From Octopus vulgaris (Eukaryota), in the NCBI GenBank assembly GCA_951406725.2, contig OX597843.1, forward strand, positions 13,144,001-13,208,000: DNA of 64,000 bases. The letters run 5' to 3'. The notes below the pieces were generated by a model. It had not been told where the DNA came from. It saw only the letters and a program-made list of their open reading frames with translations, and searched no databases. The position numbers and the translations under genes are program-made. This document shows positions 59,095 through 64,000 of the stretch, one piece after another. How positions within the stretch are numbered: the first letter of the stretch is position 1; each line of letters begins with the position of its first letter.

Positions 59095-60120
59095 CTGCTA
59101 CTACTACTACTTTACTACTACTACTGCTACTACTACAACTACTACTACTACTGTTACTACTATTACTACTACTACTACTACTATTACTACTACTGTTATT
59201 ACTACTACTACTACTACTACTACTATTACTACTACTGTTATTACTACTACTACTACTTTACTACTACTACTGCTACTACTACAACTACTACTACTACTGT
59301 TACTACTATTACTACTACTGTTATTACTACTACTACTACTACTACTACTATTACTACTACTGTTATTACTACTACTACTACTGTTACTACTATTACTACT
59401 ACTGTTATTACTACTACTACTACTACTACTACTATTACTACTACTGTTATTACTACTACTACTGCTACTACTACAACTACTACTACTACTGTTACTACTA
59501 CTGCTGCTGCTGCTACTACTACTACTATAACTACTACTACTACTACTACTACTACTAATGCCGCTGCTACTGCTGCGACTACTACTACTACTACTGTTAC
59601 TACTACTCCTAGTGCTGTTGCTACTACTACTATTAATACTACTATTACTACTACTAGTGCTGCTACTGCTACTACCATTACTACTACCATTACTACTACT
59701 AGTATAGTGAAAATAACAACAGAAAGTCATCAATAGCTGTAAATCATCATCATCATCATCATGGTCACTGCCATCATCGACATCACCATCTTCATTACTG
59801 TCATCATCATCACCATCATCCTCTAACCCTCATCACCCACGCCAGCAAAATGGTCATCGTCATCATTGTCATCATCATTACCACCACCATCATCATCATC
59901 ATCGTCATGGCCATCATCACCATCATCATCATCATCATCATCATCGTCATGGCCATCATCATCATCATCATCATCACCATCACCATCACAATCATCATCA
60001 TCATCATCATCATCACAATCATCATCATCACAATCATCATCATCATCATCATCGCTACCACAATCCTGGCCACCACCACCATCATCTTCTTTCTCATCAT
60101 CATCAAACCCCATCACCACA
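59095..60120. repeat. (ACT)n and (CAT)n tracts
   Basis: Directly visible. Confidence 0.95.
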
Positions 60121-60457
60121 GTGATCTCCTTATTTGACCAGCCATTTCGCTGTCAAACTCCCACATAACGCCACCACCATCACCACCAACACCAACAACA
60201 ACAACAACAGCCCCTGAATCTAACAAATATCTAGCCATCATAACCTGCATTCAATCATTTACTGTGCAAATATATTATTGTCATAAATATACAGGCACAG
60301 GAGTGGCTGTGTGGTAAGGTAGCTTGCTTAACAGCTACATGGTTCCGGGTTCAGTCCCACTGCGTGGCACCTTGGGCAAGTGTCTTCTGCTATAGCCCCG
60401 GGCCAACCAATGCCTTGTGAATGGATTTGGTAGACGGAAACTGAAAGAATCCTGTCG

Positions 60458-60507
<50 letters not shown>

Positions 60508-60752
60508 GTTAATCCAAACAAGAAAACACAGAAAAAAACAGAAAAAAACACACCAACGCGAGGACGTGGAACAATTAAAGTATTATTTGATGCTCAGGAA
60601 AGAAGGGAAGGAGGGTTTAACGTTTCGAGTGTTTAACGTTTCGAGCGTTTAACGTTTCGAGCTCTTCGTCGGAAACAAGGAGAAGGAAAGATCCCGAGAA
60701 GGAAGACAGAGGAAAAAAATATTTTTGCTGGTGGTGCTCAAGAGATCACATG

Positions 60753-60798
<46 letters not shown>

Positions 60799-60807
60799 CA
60801 CATGTTG

Positions 60808-60846
<39 letters not shown>

Positions 60847-61084
60847 TTAACGATTGAGGATAAAATCTTTAAAAGAAATTATTAGTAGTCAGCGTGAAAA
60901 ACCTCGTAAGAGAAAAAATCCGTAAATTCTTCCTCTTTGAAAATATTCATTTATATTATATTGAGGGTACTACTATTCGTAGATACCAACACGCTAAGAG
61001 GGACCAATGCGGTCAAAACTACTAAAATAAACAAAATTTTACCGAATGCAAAACTTCAAAACACATCATTTTAAAAAGAATTCA

Positions 61085-61148
61085 GTTACATATCACATGT
61101 GATTTCGCATTTAATGCAGAATATGCATTTCATGTTCGTCAGTGCAAC
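61085..61148 (-). ncRNA. Type I hammerhead ribozyme
   Basis: GTTGCA-CTGACGA-ACAT..ATGC-GAAA-TCACATGTGA-TA-TGTAAC; palindromic stem III, AUA site. Confidence 0.72.
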
Positions 61149-61489
61149 AAACTCAAGAAATATAAGAAAAAACATAACATTACAAACTCGATAGCCAACC
61201 GTAGAATTCGTTGTAGCTTGTACGAATGTTTATCCTTACATATCTATGAAAATGGCGGGCTAATGCTTTCGCAATGCATTTCGGTAACAAACTGCCTAGT
61301 TGGAATAAAAATTCAGTATTGAACTATGAATTTTTATTCCGACTAGGCAATTTGTTACCGAAATGCATTGCGAAAAAGCCCGCCATTTTCATAGATATGT
61401 AAGGATAAACATTCGTACAAGCTACAACGAATTCTACGGTTGGCTATCGAGTTTGTAATGTTATGTTTTTTCTTATATTTCTTGAGTTT

Positions 61490-61553
61490 GTTGCACTGAC
61501 GAACATGAAATGCATATTCTGCATTAAATGCGAAATCACATGTGATATATAAC
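61490..61553 (+). ncRNA. Type I hammerhead ribozyme (one stem I mismatch)
   Basis: Same as 61085-61148 but the 3' stem I strand is TATAAC. Confidence 0.68.
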
Positions 61554-61674
61554 TGAATTCTTTTAAAATGATGTGTTTTGAAGTTTTGCATTCGGTAAAA
61601 TTTTGTTTATTTTTAGTAGTTTTGACCGCATTGGTCCCTCTTAGCGTGTTGGTATCTACGAATAGTAGTACCCT

Positions 61675-61734
<60 letters not shown>

Positions 61735-61942
61735 TTGTGTGTCTGTGTTTGTCCCCCTAGCATTGCTTGACAACCAATTCAGCAAAAGAGACCAATAGAA
61801 TAAGTACTGGGCTTACAAAGAATAAGTCCCGGGGTCGATTTGCTCGACTAAAGGCGGTGCTCCAGCATGGCCACAGTCAAATGACTGAAACAAGTAAAAG
61901 AGTAAAAGAGTAAATACATATATACATACATACACATACATT

Positions 61943-64000
61943 CTTTTACATGATTCAGTCATCTGACTGTGGCCATGCTGGAGCACCACCTTTAGTCGAA
62001 CAAATCGCCCCCCACAGCTTATTCTTTGTAAACCTAGTACCTATTCTATCGTTCTCTTAAGCTGAACTGCTAAGTTACAGGGTTGTAAACACACCAACAT
62101 CAGTTGTCAGGCAATGGCAGAGGGACAAATACAGACACACATGCATAAATACATATATGTATGACAGGCTTCTTTCAGTTTCCGTCAACCAAATCCACTC
62201 AAAAGGCTTTGGTTGGCCCGAGGCTATAGTAGAAGACACTTGCCCAAGGTACCACACAGTGGGACAGAACCCAGAACCATGTGGTAGGAAAGCCAGCTTC
62301 TTTCTATTGACAGACAACAAATATGAGACCTCAGACTAGGACAGATCCCACTAAGTGAACATGTAGATATTTATGCAAATAAAGTAAGTTACCCAAATTC
62401 CAAGTTTTCCTGTTTTACTTTTGTTCAGTCAATACCACAGACCAAGCATGGATTAACAAATAATATATATTTATAGAAGAATACAAACCAAGACTAAATA
62501 ACTATTAATGAACCACATTCACCAAAAACTATTCATACACAAACTTATTCTGCCATTTGACTGTCATGTGTAATAATTAGAAATAACACATTTCTAAATC
62601 TCTCAAAGAGATTTATGCAGTAGCAGCATGATAGGCACTGGAGTGGCTGTGTGGTAAGTAGCTTGCTTACCAACCACATGGTTCTGGGTTCAGTCTCACT
62701 GCAAGGCACCTTGGGCAAGTGTCTTCTACTATAGCGTCGGGGCGACCAAAGCTTTGTGAGTGGCTTTGGTAGACGGAAACTGAAAGAAACCCATCGTATA
62801 TATGTATATGTGTATGTATATGTCTGTGTGTCTGTGTTTGTCCCCTCAACATCGCTTGACGACCGATGCTGGTGTGTTTATGTCTCCGTAACTTAGTGGT
62901 TTAGCAAAAGAGACCGATAGAATAAGTACTAGGCTTGCAAAGAATAAGTCCTGGGGTCAGTTTGCTCAACTAAAGGTGGTGCTCCAGCATGGCCACAGTC
63001 AAATGATTGAAACCAGTAGCAGAGAGTAAAAGAGTATGTTGTCAAAAAGAGTATGAAACACCAACAGGAAACGGTGTTTCCTAGGGTTAAATAACGGTAG
63101 CATTCTTCCCTTTCATGGGACTGTCACATTAAGTTAACAACATACTATCAAGTGTAATACTTATTTATTCAAATTGTTTTGAATTAATCATGCATTATCT
63201 TGTAGCTTTGAGATTTCAATAATGTGATTGTCCAGTTTTAGAATAACATTGTAGGATAGGTGTGAGCGGTCAGATACGGATGGCTTAATCCCTCAGTTTT
63301 CAGATCACTTTGTCGAATGTAATTCTTATCTATTCACATTGTTTTGAATTAATCATCCATTATCTCATAGCTTTGAGATGCTGATGTGATTGTTTATTTT
63401 TAGAATGACATTGTAGGGTAGGTGTGAGAGGCTGGATCTGGCCTTGTTTTAATTAATCCTGCATTATCTCATAGCTTTGAGATGTTGATGTGATTGTTTA
63501 TTTTTAGAATGACATTGTAGAGTAAGTGTGAAAGGTCGGATCTTGTCAGTTTGTGCATAGAACATGTAGAATATTTGGGCTGGATATTGCCGGCTTAACC
63601 CTTAATCATTCAGATTACTCTCCCTAATGTAATGCTTCTTTATCCCCATTATTTTGAATTACTGTGGCTATGTGGTAAGTAGCTTGCTTACCAACCACAT
63701 GGTTCTGGGTTCAGTCCCACTGTGTGGCACCTTGGGCAAAGTGTCTTCTACTATAGCCTCAGGCTGACCAAAGCCTTGTGAGTGGATTTGGTAGACGGAA
63801 ACTGAAAGAAGCCTGTCATATATATGTATATGTATATATGTGTGTGTGTGTGTTTGTGTGTCTGTGTTTGTCCACCCAACATCATTTAACAACCGATGCC
63901 GGTGTGTTTACATCCCTATAACTTATCGGTTCAGCAAAAGAGACCAATAGAATAAGTTCTAGGCTTACAAAGAATATGTCCTGTGGTCGATTTGCTTGAC
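61943..64000. mobile_element. Older SINE family A copies (61943-62298 minus, 62633-63035 plus, 63664-64000 plus) and decayed MITEs
   Basis: Similarity to the other copies in the window. Confidence 0.75.

Larger units (their letters stand above)
60842..61681. mobile_element. Second retrozyme-like element: ~360-bp inverted arms (60957-61315 / 61327-61681) plus a unique left extension
   Basis: Near-perfect palindrome with an 11-nt centre, TA-flanked, HHR in each arm. Confidence 0.8.
60292..61913 (+). mobile_element. SINE family A split by insertions into its internal (TA)n
   Basis: Head at 60292-60458, tail at about 61725-61913. Confidence 0.8.

Noticed and set aside
60957-61681. Ordinary foldback/MITE interpretation of the palindrome
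   Set aside because: Disfavoured because the left arm extends asymmetrically, there are no superfamily-type termini, and an HHR core is present; not formally excluded

Overview
AT-rich eukaryotic genomic DNA, most likely intronic or intergenic and most likely from an octopus (inferred from the SINE families and the extreme microsatellite load). I recognise no intact host gene; nearly all ORFs in the track are translated microsatellites or repeats. The window holds tRNA-derived SINEs, a 5'-truncated L1/Tx1-type LINE, RTE and CR1 LINE 3' fragments, decayed Tc1/mariner transposons, piggyBac-like MITEs and Helitron-like ends. The standout is a set of non-coding elements inserted in (TA)n tracts that carry type I hammerhead ribozyme (HHR) folds. 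These are a near-identical 492/493-bp tandem array with an inverted arm (21119-23122, four HHRs with a full consensus core), a ~720-bp palindrome with two HHRs (60957-61681), and at least four further short families with minimal or variant HHRs. Together they look like a diverse retrozyme or Penelope-dependent RNA system. All folds were derived by eye and have not been tested; I could not check novelty.
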